Positions 1 through 8,787 of a DNA stretch of 64,000 nt are shown in pieces. The notes under the pieces are model-generated. The model did no database searches and was not told where the DNA came from. It was given only the letters and a program-made list of their open reading frames with translations. The translations under genes were made by a program, and so were the position numbers. Positions within the stretch are counted from its first letter, which is position 1; every line of letters starts with the position of its first letter. Origin of the DNA: Terriglobia bacterium. Lineage in GTDB: Bacteria > Acidobacteriota > Polarisedimenticolia > Polarisedimenticolales > JAIQFR01. The stretch covers positions 192,001 through 256,000 of the forward strand of contig CAVVHE010000008.1 in assembly GCA_963748015.1 (NCBI GenBank), in the 5' to 3' direction.

Positions 1-960
1 GACTTCCTCGGCTACGACTCGGTGATCGGCATGGCGGCGAAGTTCCCGAACGAGGTGACCTTCGCGCTGAAGCTGAAGCAGCTCGGGAACCGCATCCAGG
101 AGCTGATCGGCGGCCGCGCCGTCCACCCGATCAACACCCTCGTGGGCGGGTTCGGGAAGCTCCCCTCGAAGCGCGATCTCCGCGCGATCCGCGACGAGCT
201 GGCCGCCGTGATCGATCCCCTGATGAAGACCGTGGACCTGGTGAAGACGCTCGAGGTCCCGGAGTGGGGGACCGAGCCGACGATCTACGTCGCGCTCCGC
301 CCGTACGACAAGTCCTACTTCCGCTTCCGCGGCGTGTCCATCTGCACGTCGCGCGGCGAGGAGTACCCGCTCGACCGCTACCGCGACGTCGTGCGCGAGT
401 TCACCGTGGAGCACTCCCACGCGAAGCACGCCGCGCTGGCGTCGGGCGAGAGCTACATGGTCGGCTCGCTCGCGCGGCTGACGCTCTGGGGCGACCGGTT
501 CGTCGGGCGGGCCAGGGAGGTTTTCGAGGTCCTGTTCCCGGAGGGTGTGAAGGACAACATCCTGCTGAACAACTGGGCGCAGCTCGTGGAACTGGTCCAC
601 TGCATCGAGCGGGGCGTCGAGGTGTGCGACCTGCTCCTGGACATGCCGGAGACCGGCAGCGAGATGGTGGACTACGAGGTGCGGGCGGGCAGGGGCGTCG
701 GCGCGATCGAGGTCCCGAGGGGCACCCTGTTCCACGAGTACGAGATCGACGACGACGGCCGCGTCGTGTCCGCCAACGTCATAACCCCCACGGCCCAGAA
801 TCTCGCGAACACCGAGCGCGACCTCCGTGCCGCAGTGGAGGTCCTGATCCGCCGAGGCGGGAAGGCCGCCGAGACGGACCGGCTCCGCAACAGCCTCGAG
901 ATGGTGGCCCGCGCCTACGACCCTTGCATCTCCTGTTCGGTCCACGTCGTCCGGACCTGA
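1..960 (+). CDS. NiFe hydrogenase large subunit, group 3 (3b/sulfhydrogenase alpha-like); 5' end lies outside the window
   Basis: IGGRAVHPIN, EVPRGTLFHEY and ANVITPTAQN motifs; C-terminal L2 motif DPCISCSVH plus a 4-aa extension (VVRT). Confidence 0.93.
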   Translation, partial: DFLGYDSVIGMAAKFPNEVTFALKLKQLGNRIQELIGGRAVHPINTLVGGFGKLPSKRDLRAIRDELAAVIDPLMKTVDLVKTLEVPEWGTEPTIYVALRPYDKSYFRFRGVSICTSRGEEYPLDRYRDVVREFTVEHSHAKHAALASGESYMVGSLARLTLWGDRFVGRAREVFEVLFPEGVKDNILLNNWAQLVELVHCIERGVEVCDLLLDMPETGSEMVDYEVRAGRGVGAIEVPRGTLFHEYEIDDDGRVVSANVITPTAQNLANTERDLRAAVEVLIRRGGKAAETDRLRNSLEMVARAYDPCISCSVHVVRT

Positions 961-982
961 AGGGCGGGGAAAGGGGGGCCTC

Positions 983-1522
983 GTGCCGGACGGGCGCCAG
1001 GGGAGGCAGGCCGGCGACGCGCGGCGCGTGCTCGTCGTCGGCCTCGGCAACTCGTTGATGGCGGACGACGGCGTCGGCATCGCGGTGGCCGAGCGGCTCT
1101 CGGGTCTCGAGCTCCCCGCCGGGGCCCGCGCCGAGGTCGGCGATACCGACTCGCTCCGGCTCCTCTCCCTGTGGAAGGGCGAGGAGGAGATCTGGCTGGT
1201 GGACGCGATCCTGCGCGATACGGAGCCCGGGACGGTCCACCGCATGTCCCACGACGAGGTCCTCTCGATCCCCCAGCGTCACGCCGCGGCCCACTTCCTG
1301 AGCCTGCCGGAGAGCCTCCGCTGGATCGCCGCGGCGACCCCGGACATGGCGCGGGTGCGCTACCGGCTCTGGGGGGTCGAGCCGGAGTCCATCGCCCTGT
1401 CGCCCGGGCTCACGCCGCGCGTCGCCGCGGCGGCCGAGGCGGTGACCGCCGAGATCGCCCGGGAGCTCCTCCTCGTTCTCGGGAGGACGATTGACGCCGG
1501 GACCGCGCCGGGAGGAGAGTAG
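983..1522 (+). CDS. Hydrogenase maturation protease (HyaD/HycI family)
   Basis: VLVVGLGNSLMADDGVG, LVDAI and AAH motifs; directly downstream of the hydrogenase large subunit; start codon uncertain. Confidence 0.9.
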   Translation: MPDGRQGRQAGDARRVLVVGLGNSLMADDGVGIAVAERLSGLELPAGARAEVGDTDSLRLLSLWKGEEEIWLVDAILRDTEPGTVHRMSHDEVLSIPQRHAAAHFLSLPESLRWIAAATPDMARVRYRLWGVEPESIALSPGLTPRVAAAAEAVTAEIARELLLVLGRTIDAGTAPGGE

Positions 1523-1541
1523 GGGAGCGGAGCATGAAGCC

Positions 1542-1979
1542 ATGAGCGAGCCGAGGACCTTCGAGCGCCTGACCGAGCAGTCGCTGGAGGAGCACGGGCA
1601 GATCCACTTCTTCCTGGAGCGTCTCCAAAAGGCGCTCGGCGGCGTCGTGCCCGGGCAGGCCGACGTCGAGCCGATGCGGCGCGTCGCGGCGGAGCTCGAA
1701 GGGCTCGTCGAGCGGCTTCAAGAGCACTTCCAGCGGGAGGAGCAGGTGCTGTTCCATGCGCTCGTGGACGCCGACGAGGCCTGTCGCGCGGACGTCCGGC
1801 ACCTCGAGAACCAGCACGAGCGCCTGATGGAGATCCTCGAGATGGCCCGGATCCATGCCGGGCGCGGCGAGGCCGCCGATGCGGCGCTCCTCAAGGCGGA
1901 CGTCGAGGGGTTCCTGGCCGTCCTCGCCGCCCACGAGGGCGCCGAGGAATCGCTCTTCCGGCGCGCCCTCGCCGGTTGA
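1542..1979 (+). CDS. Hemerythrin-like (HHE) domain protein
   Basis: EEHGQI, EHFQREEQVLF, LENQHERL and AHEGAEESLF form the HHE metal-ligand pattern. Confidence 0.8.
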   Translation: MSEPRTFERLTEQSLEEHGQIHFFLERLQKALGGVVPGQADVEPMRRVAAELEGLVERLQEHFQREEQVLFHALVDADEACRADVRHLENQHERLMEILEMARIHAGRGEAADAALLKADVEGFLAVLAAHEGAEESLFRRALAG

Positions 1980-2004
1980 CGGACACGGGCGGGGGTGATA
2001 AGTT
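1976..2004 (+). promoter_or_regulatory. Candidate sigma70-type promoter
   Basis: TTGACG (1976-1981), 17-nt spacer, TAAGTT (1999-2004) preceded by TGn. Confidence 0.45.
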
Positions 2005-2109
2005 CGGCCGTTGCCGTGATGACGAAAGTGAGTCCGCATCCAACCCGCCCGCCCTTGCCGGGCGGCCTCCGCTCCGCGGGGGACGCTTCGGCGAGGAGGC
2101 CGCGTGAAG

Positions 2110-2142
2110 GGGCGCTCGGAGTCCGAGCGCCCTTCGTGTTTT
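2110..2142 (+). terminator. Intrinsic terminator-like hairpin
   Basis: GGGCGCTCGG-agt-CCGAGCGCCC followed by TTCGTGTTTT. Confidence 0.6.
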
Positions 2143-2185
2143 CGGCAGTCTCGCGGGGGGCGGACGCACGGTAGGAGAGTCCCGC

Positions 2186-2980
2186 ATGCTGGAGCCGAAA
2201 GAGCAGTTGACCCGGCTCGTGCTGATCCAGGACCTGGCCCTCGAGATCCAGTCGGCCCGGGCGGTCGTGGAGGGGGCACCGGCCCGTATCGAGGAGATCG
2301 AAGGCCGCTTCCGCGAGCGCAACGCGGAATACGTCGAGGTCAAGGAGCGCTACGACGCTCTCGAGAAGGACCGCACGGATCGGACGCTGGAGCTCGAGGG
2401 TCTCGAGGCGTCGCGCAAGAAGTTCATGGAAGCGCTGATGCAGGTCAAGAACCAGCGCGAGTACGCCGCCGTGCTGAAGGAGATCGACGCGGTCAAGGCG
2501 CAGATCGGCTCGCACGAGGAGGCGATCCTCAAGGGCATGGAGGAGATCGAGACGCTGAAGACCGACCTCGACGCCCGCGCCGGCCACATCGAGGAGGAGC
2601 GTCGCCAGGTCGCCGAGGAGCACGCCCGCGTCGAGGCGGAGGCCGCCGCCGCCACCGCTCGGATCGAGGAGGCGGAGCGCGAGCGCGGAGCCCTCGAGGC
2701 GGAGCTGCCGGCCGACCTCATCGAGGGCATCCGCCGGGTCGAGGAGAGCCGCGGCGGCTTGTTCCTCGCGAAGGCCGACAAGGAGCTGTGCCAGTCCTGC
2801 TTCGTTCGCATCCGGCCCCAGGTGTTCCAGGAAATCCGGCTGGCGTCGCGCATCCACAACTGCCGCCAGTGCCGGCGCTATCTCTACCACGAGCCGGCCT
2901 TGAAGCCGGCGCCCGCCGGCCAGCCCGTCGAGGATGCCGGCCAGGCCCCGATCGAGACGGCGAATGGCGGCCCGGTTTAG
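2186..2980 (+). CDS. Coiled-coil protein with C4 zinc ribbon (DUF164/zf-RING_7 type)
   Basis: Long coiled coil with VKNQREYAA, then CQSC...CRQCRRYLY; typical neighbour of RNase HI. Confidence 0.88.
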   Translation: MLEPKEQLTRLVLIQDLALEIQSARAVVEGAPARIEEIEGRFRERNAEYVEVKERYDALEKDRTDRTLELEGLEASRKKFMEALMQVKNQREYAAVLKEIDAVKAQIGSHEEAILKGMEEIETLKTDLDARAGHIEEERRQVAEEHARVEAEAAAATARIEEAERERGALEAELPADLIEGIRRVEESRGGLFLAKADKELCQSCFVRIRPQVFQEIRLASRIHNCRQCRRYLYHEPALKPAPAGQPVEDAGQAPIETANGGPV

Positions 2981-3434
2981 GGCCGCGATCGACGGCGGGT
3001 CCCGCGGCAACCCGGGGCTCGCGGCCTGGGGAGTGGCGGTGCTCGACGCCGGGGGGCGCTGCATCGAAGGGCATGCCGCGACCATCGGGCACGCCACCAA
3101 CAACATCGCCGAGTACAGCGCGCTGCTCGAGGCGCTCGAGCGCGCGGAGGCCGCCGGCGCCCGCGAGGTCGAGATCCGGGCCGATTCGGAGCTGGTCGTG
3201 CGCCAGATCGAGGGGCGCTACAAGGTCCGGCATCCCGGCCTGATCCCGTTGCACGCCGAGGCCAAGCGCAGGATCTCGCGGTTCCGCTCCTTCCGGATCG
3301 TCCACGTTCCCCGCAAGGAGAACGGCGAAGCCGACCGTCTCGTGAACCTCGCCCTCGATCGCGCCGAGAAGGGGCGCCCCGGCGAGACCGTGAGGGTCGT
3401 GGTGGTCTCCGAGTCGCCGGCCGACGGGGCGTGA
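2964..3434 (+). CDS. rnhA: Ribonuclease HI family protein
   Basis: IDGGSRGNPG, TNNIAEY, DSELVVRQ and HVPRKENGEADRLVN motifs. Confidence 0.92.
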   Translation: MAARFRAAIDGGSRGNPGLAAWGVAVLDAGGRCIEGHAATIGHATNNIAEYSALLEALERAEAAGAREVEIRADSELVVRQIEGRYKVRHPGLIPLHAEAKRRISRFRSFRIVHVPRKENGEADRLVNLALDRAEKGRPGETVRVVVVSESPADGA

Positions 3435-3435
3435 C

Positions 3436-4119
3436 GTGGGCGGCGGGGCGGCCGCGGCGCTCGAGGACGTCCGCCGGCGCATCGCGAGCGCCTGCTCGCG
3501 CGCGGGGCGGGACGCCGCGTCGGTGGCGCTGGTCGCCGTCTCCAAGACCTTTCCCGCGGAACGTGTCCGGGAGCTGCTCGCGTGCGGGCACGACCTTTTC
3601 GGCGAGAACCGCGTGCAGGAGGCGCTCGAGAAGATCCCCCTCGTCGGCGCGGGAGCGCGATGGCACCTGGTCGGGCACCTCCAGGGCAACAAGGCGCGTC
3701 ATGCGGTCGGCGCCTTCGAGCTGATCCACTCGGTGGACGGCCTCGACCTCGCCCGGGAGCTCGCCCGCCGCGCCGCGGCGAGAGGGACCGTCCAGCCGGT
3801 GCTGGTCCAGGTGAACCTCTCCCGCGAGGCGACGAAGTCGGGAGCCGGGGAGGACGCCGCCCTGCCTCTCCTCGAGGCGGCCGCCGCGCTGCCGGACCTC
3901 GAGGTGCGCGGCCTCATGACGATCCCTCCGCCGGTCGAGGATCCCGAGGCGTCCCGCCCCTGGTTCGCCCTGCTCCGGGAGCTCCGCGACCGGGCCGAGA
4001 CGCGCCTCGGCCGCAAGCTGCCCGAGCTCTCGATGGGGATGAGCGACGACTTCGAGGTGGCGGTGGAGGAGGGAGCGACGATCGTGAGGATTGGCCGAGC
4101 GTTGTTCGGGGCGAGATAG
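3436..4119 (+). CDS. yggS: PLP homeostasis protein YggS/PROSC
   Basis: LVAVSKT, FGENRVQEA, WHLVGHLQGNK, LSMGMSDDF and GATIVRIG motifs. Confidence 0.95.
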   Translation: MGGGAAAALEDVRRRIASACSRAGRDAASVALVAVSKTFPAERVRELLACGHDLFGENRVQEALEKIPLVGAGARWHLVGHLQGNKARHAVGAFELIHSVDGLDLARELARRAAARGTVQPVLVQVNLSREATKSGAGEDAALPLLEAAAALPDLEVRGLMTIPPPVEDPEASRPWFALLRELRDRAETRLGRKLPELSMGMSDDFEVAVEEGATIVRIGRALFGAR

Positions 4120-4193
4120 GTTACGTTTCCGTTGCTTTTCGGCAGGTCGCGGACTATGTTTGGCCGCGGTTGCGTGTAACCGGAGGTCCGATC

Positions 4194-4709
4194 ATGTCGA
4201 GCCGCCTGACCGCGATGGATGTCGAGAAACAGGACTTCAAGAGGGCCTTCCGCGGCTACGACTGCGGCGAGGTTCGGATGTTCCTCACCGCGGTCTCCGA
4301 GGAAATCGAGCGCGTGAATCTCGAGAACGCGCAGCTCCACGAGGAGGTCGGCGCGCTTCGCGGCCGGATCGACGACTTCCGGGAGCGCGAGCGGATGCTC
4401 CAGGAGACGCTCGTCACCGCGCAGAAGATGTCCGAGGAGCTCGCCGTCAGGAGCCAGAAGGAGTCCGAGCTGCTGATCAGGGAGGCGCGTCTCAAGGCCG
4501 AGCGCCTCCTCGAGCAGACCCAGGACCAGCTCTCCCGGATCGAGGGCGAGATCGGGCGCGTGAAGGTCGAGCGGGACGCGTTCGAGAACCGGCTGCGGAG
4601 CGCCATCGAGGAGCACCTAGCGCTGCTCGACCTCCGCAAGCAGGAACGCGCGGAGCTGGACAACGTCCGGTTCCTGCGCCGTCGCAATACCTCCAACGAA
4701 GCGGGATGA
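4194..4709 (+). CDS. divIVA: DivIVA domain protein
   Basis: LTAMDVEKQDFKRAFRGYDCGEVRMFL followed by a coiled coil; GGAGG RBS upstream of the ATG. Confidence 0.88.
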   Translation: MSSRLTAMDVEKQDFKRAFRGYDCGEVRMFLTAVSEEIERVNLENAQLHEEVGALRGRIDDFRERERMLQETLVTAQKMSEELAVRSQKESELLIREARLKAERLLEQTQDQLSRIEGEIGRVKVERDAFENRLRSAIEEHLALLDLRKQERAELDNVRFLRRRNTSNEAG

Positions 4710-5989
4710 TTCTCGCCGACCTCGCCGTCGCCGGCATCTCCGAGCTGGCCACCCCCGAAGGCCGCACCGCGCGCACGGGCGCCGACCTCGGCCGGATCCG
4801 GACGATCCGGGACGCCGCGGTCGCCTGCCGCGGCGGATCGATCGTCTTCGTCGGCACCGAGCGCGAGTTCCGCCAGGCCGTCGAGATGGAGCCGGGCGCC
4901 AGGATCCTCGACGCGCGGGCCGGCACGGTCCTGCCCGGCTTCGTGGACGCGCACACGCACCTCCCGTTCGCCGGCTGGCGCGAGTCGGAGTTCGACGAGC
5001 GCCTGCGAGGCGCGACCTACTCCGAGATCGCCGCCCGCGGCGGCGGGATCCTCTCGACCGTCGCGGCCACCCGCGCGGCGGCTCCCGAGAACCTGCGCCG
5101 AATGGTGCGGGATCGGCTCGACGCCGTGCTCGCGCTCGGGACCACGACGATCGAGGCCAAGAGCGGCTACGGCCTCTCCCTCGAGGCCGAGCTGAAGCAG
5201 CTCGAATCCCTCCGCGAGGGGGCCTCCGGTCACCCGGTCGAGGTCGTGCGGACGTTCCTCGGAGCCCACACGGTCCCGGCGGAGCACCGTGACGACCGCT
5301 CCCGGTACCTGCGCCTTCTCGTCGAGGAGATGCTGCCGGAGGTCGCGCGACGCGGGCTCGCGGAGTACGCCGACGCGTTCGTGGACGCGCACGCGTTCTC
5401 CCTCGACGAGGCGAGGGCCGTGATGCTCGCCGCCCGGGAGCGGGGGCTCGGCATCCGGATCCACGCGGACCAGCTCGCGGCGGACGGCGCCGCCGAGCTG
5501 GCGGCGGAGCTCGGGGCAGCCTCCGCGGACCACTTGGAGCACGTCTCGGACGCCGGGATCGAAGCGCTCGCTCGCGCCGGCACCTGCGGCGTGCTGCTCC
5601 CCGCGGCCACGTTCTTCCTGATGCAGTCTCAGGCGCCGCCCGGGCGCCGGCTCGTGGACGGCGGAGTGCCGGTCGTCGCGGCGACGGACTTCAATCCCGG
5701 CTCCTGCCCGAACGAGAGCATGAGCGCCGTCCTGTGGTTCGCCTGCCTCACCGCGCGCCTCGGCGTGGACGAGGCGATCACCGCGACGACCCTGAACGCC
5801 GCGCACTCCCTCGGCCGGGCCGACCGCACCGGCAGCCTAGAGCCCGGCAAGCGCGCCGACCTCGTGGTCCACGCCGTCCCCAACCGCTACCACCTGGTCT
5901 ACCGCTTCGGCGTGCCCCGCGTCCGTACCGTGATCGCCGGGGGGCGAGTCGTCGTCGACGACGGCCAGCTCCTCCACCCTTCGGCCTGA
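4706..5989 (+). CDS. hutI: Imidazolonepropionase
   Basis: PGFVDAHTHL, GGGILSTV, EAKSGYGL, SADHLE and ATDFNPGS motifs; ATGA overlap with divIVA. Confidence 0.93.
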   Translation: MILADLAVAGISELATPEGRTARTGADLGRIRTIRDAAVACRGGSIVFVGTEREFRQAVEMEPGARILDARAGTVLPGFVDAHTHLPFAGWRESEFDERLRGATYSEIAARGGGILSTVAATRAAAPENLRRMVRDRLDAVLALGTTTIEAKSGYGLSLEAELKQLESLREGASGHPVEVVRTFLGAHTVPAEHRDDRSRYLRLLVEEMLPEVARRGLAEYADAFVDAHAFSLDEARAVMLAARERGLGIRIHADQLAADGAAELAAELGAASADHLEHVSDAGIEALARAGTCGVLLPAATFFLMQSQAPPGRRLVDGGVPVVAATDFNPGSCPNESMSAVLWFACLTARLGVDEAITATTLNAAHSLGRADRTGSLEPGKRADLVVHAVPNRYHLVYRFGVPRVRTVIAGGRVVVDDGQLLHPSA

Positions 5990-6028
5990 CCCGCCACCAA
6001 GCGCCCAAACCGCCACCCACGCGCATTC
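5989..6028. repeat. 40-bp direct repeat, copy 1
   Basis: ACCCGCCACCAAGCGCCCAAACCGCCACCCACGCGCATTC, identical to 8560-8599. Confidence 0.95.
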
Positions 6029-6135
6029 TCTTCCCATTGCCTGGGGGTTCTCACCCATTGGCTGCTGCGCGAATCGGAAGCCCCCGCCCCGCATCACGCT
6101 GGAGCTTCTACCTCCTTGTTCACGCGATCTCCGAC

Positions 6136-8298
6136 TCAGCGAGGTGCGGGCGGCCCGCTCGCGGCTTTCGCTACCACCACTTGCCGCTGCGTCTTCGCTA
6201 GAGGCACTAGACCTCGAGAAACCGTAACCATGTACAGGAAATTCCCGTCTCCGAGCATTCCCGCTGGAATCACGTCCCGCACCTGCGCACAGCGGTCACC
6301 TGACGGCTCGAGGGAGATGGGCGGGAAGGTGATCGCCGATTGACCGACGAGCCGACGTTCAACATTCAAAGCGCCCTTCTCCCCCTTGCTGCGGCAGACG
6401 TACCCGACGAGCGCCGTCGGCAATTCTGCTCTCATGGGCTCGCCGTCTGCGCGGATGACTGGACCCGTCGGGCGGGGCGCAGTGTCGTCCCGCAAGAACC
6501 AGCCGCTTTGTGGCTGCAGTGCTACCGGAGCCGTCACCGTTACCCCGGTCTCCTCGGATTTCGGAAGGGCAGTTTCGAGCTGACCTGAGTGGAGGACGCC
6601 GAGCGACGCGTTCTCCGCGAGCGCCACGACTTGGTAGCTTCCTGGTGGGAGGTCGAGCATATGTTCCACGATGAGGGGCTGATCGTTCTGCTGCGTCGTC
6701 ACCGTCCGATCGAACTCCTGCAGCACGCTTCCGTTGGCGATAATGGCGGCCGAAACTGCCCAGACCGTTCCGGTCGGGCCGCCGTCGGGAATCGCGAGTT
6801 GGAACAGCCCCGAGTACTTTTTGCCGTCGCAACCCGCTGGGATGAGGCCGAGGGTCAATGCGGCGCCATTCGCCCGTGGGTTTACAAACGCTGCGAGCCT
6901 CCGCGCGTCGACCACGGCCTTCTCGCTCGGGATCACGATGCGCGATCGCGTGCGCACTATCGCGTCTTTCGGCGTCACCTGGATACGAACGAGAAGCGAC
7001 TGGTCCTCCGGCAACCCCTTCGGCTCGAAGCTGACGAGATACACGCACTCCATATCATCGGCGATGCCGCCCGCGATCGCCGACGAATCGATACCTTCCA
7101 GGAAGGCCTCGCCTCCTGTTTCGACAGCGAGACTCGACAGTGCGTCCTTGGCATCGCGGAGTCCGCCGCTATCAGCGGAGGTTCCTTGCGCCAGGACGGC
7201 GTAGACCCGTGCGCCAACTCTGCCGGCCATCGAGACCACCTGATCGAAGGAACCTGCGACGTCCCGAATTCCATCCGATCGGATGAACTCGGGTCGATTG
7301 CCGGCGAAGACGCCCTCCTGCTCCATTACCTTCGACACGGAGCGCAGGTAGTGTTCTCCAGCGTTGAGACGCATCGCGTCCGCGAAATAGACGACAGCCT
7401 TGGGAGCCTTCACGGGTACCAGGCGTAGGAGCGCCAATCGGAACCGCTCCAGCGAGGCATCTGCGCGTCGCATCTCCTGCCTCTGGAGGTCCTTGGCGAG
7501 TCCTTCGACCGCTCTCCACGTGCCCCGTGTGAAAAGCGAGGCCGTCCTGTCCGCCCCGGCCGTGCGCACCCGATTGTCCTTGTCGAATGCTGCGCTGCCT
7601 TTGAATTGGCACAACGGGTCGCGGTTGGGGCCCTGGCAGTTGAGGCCCTCTTCTTCTACAGATCGGATGTTCTTGTACGCACTGTCCTGCTCTTTGGCCT
7701 CGAGAGCGCCCGCACGCGTCGCCGCCTCGAGGCCAGCAACCCGAGCGGACTCCTCCTCGGCGAAGCGTTCCTGCCGCGACGTGTCTCGCTGCAGGCGATC
7801 GATCGCTGCGAGCAACTCTCTCGAGTCGTTGGTGAGCGACGACAAAGCCAGGAGATCGCGGCCGTTGGAGATCACCATGCCCCGGTTACCGCCGACGATG
7901 AGGGTCCTCACCAGCTCCCGTGCGACGTCGATGGCACGCGCCCGCCCCGCATACGTCAGTTGAGACTCATCGAAGTAGAAGAGATATGAGGCGATCGTTG
8001 GTGTGCCCGCGGGCGATCGGATAGAGTTCCCAGTAGTTTCCGTCGAAGAGCAAACCCGATCGAGCGAGAAATTACGAATGAGACTCTTGCCGACCCGTAC
8101 CTCTAGATCGGTCGGTTGGATGTCGACCGGCGAGCCGTCTCGCTTGGAGACGCTAAGGTCGATCTGGACCAGTCGGGTGCCCGCTTTCTCGACGAGGCCG
8201 ATGTCCTTGGGTTTGTCGGCGACCTCAGCGGCGCAGAGCACACTGAGGGCGGCCGCGGTTGCTACGCACGCCGGCACGAACCGAGTCGTTCTCCACAT
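6136..8298 (-). CDS. Secreted VWA-domain protein (VWFA-related, acidobacterial type)
   Basis: Signal peptide (MWRTTRFVPAC...), TRLVQIDLSV, YLFYFDESQL, KAVVYFAD, LAVETGGEAF and YLVSFEP motifs; visibly less GC-rich than its flanks. Confidence 0.75.
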   Translation of the reverse strand: MWRTTRFVPACVATAAALSVLCAAEVADKPKDIGLVEKAGTRLVQIDLSVSKRDGSPVDIQPTDLEVRVGKSLIRNFSLDRVCSSTETTGNSIRSPAGTPTIASYLFYFDESQLTYAGRARAIDVARELVRTLIVGGNRGMVISNGRDLLALSSLTNDSRELLAAIDRLQRDTSRQERFAEEESARVAGLEAATRAGALEAKEQDSAYKNIRSVEEEGLNCQGPNRDPLCQFKGSAAFDKDNRVRTAGADRTASLFTRGTWRAVEGLAKDLQRQEMRRADASLERFRLALLRLVPVKAPKAVVYFADAMRLNAGEHYLRSVSKVMEQEGVFAGNRPEFIRSDGIRDVAGSFDQVVSMAGRVGARVYAVLAQGTSADSGGLRDAKDALSSLAVETGGEAFLEGIDSSAIAGGIADDMECVYLVSFEPKGLPEDQSLLVRIQVTPKDAIVRTRSRIVIPSEKAVVDARRLAAFVNPRANGAALTLGLIPAGCDGKKYSGLFQLAIPDGGPTGTVWAVSAAIIANGSVLQEFDRTVTTQQNDQPLIVEHMLDLPPGSYQVVALAENASLGVLHSGQLETALPKSEETGVTVTAPVALQPQSGWFLRDDTAPRPTGPVIRADGEPMRAELPTALVGYVCRSKGEKGALNVERRLVGQSAITFPPISLEPSGDRCAQVRDVIPAGMLGDGNFLYMVTVSRGLVPLAKTQRQVVVAKAASGPPAPR

Positions 8299-8559
8299 GG
8301 CGTCGCTTTCCTTCCAGCGCGCGGCCTCGAGCTCTTGCCTATGAATACGAGTACTTCCCGGGAGGACACATGTCAATCGGAATCTCGTCTAGCCACGAGA
8401 AGCGTTGCATCGTCGCCGCACTGGCGTGGGCGCAGGACGATTCCTGCAGCGCGGCCACCGCTGGCCGTGTGTGGGAGCGGGAGTACGCGGATCGTCTTGG
8501 GGATAGGGAATTCACGCCGCGAAACGGCGTTCCACGTCCGAGGAGGAACCCTCATGTCA

Positions 8560-8599
8560 ACCCGCCACCAAGCGCCCAAACCGCCACCCACGCGCATTC
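8560..8599. repeat. 40-bp direct repeat, copy 2
   Basis: Identical to 5989-6028. Confidence 0.95.
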
Positions 8600-8787
8600 G
8601 CCTCCCGGTGCCCCGGGGAGAGATCGCCGGGCCATGTCGGCGGCGGATCTTGGCGCGTCCAGGCCGGGAGCGGAAACCCGGTGACGTCGCCCGGACAGGT
8701 TCCTAGCCCGGGGAGGAGGGGCGTAATAAGATCGCTGGCGCGCCGCGAGGGAACGTGATCCCCCCCGAACGCGAGGAGTGACGACGG

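Noticed and set aside
2010..2040. TGATGACGAAAG resembling a hammerhead ribozyme core or RNase P RNA
   Set aside because: It lacks CUGAUGA plus stem II, and lacks the GAGGAAAGUCC signature and length of RNase P RNA.
5989..8599. Prophage, IS or integron interpretation of the repeat-flanked cassette
   Set aside because: No integrase or transposase, no terminal inverted repeats and no recognisable attC structure; kept only as an unexplained direct-repeat cassette.
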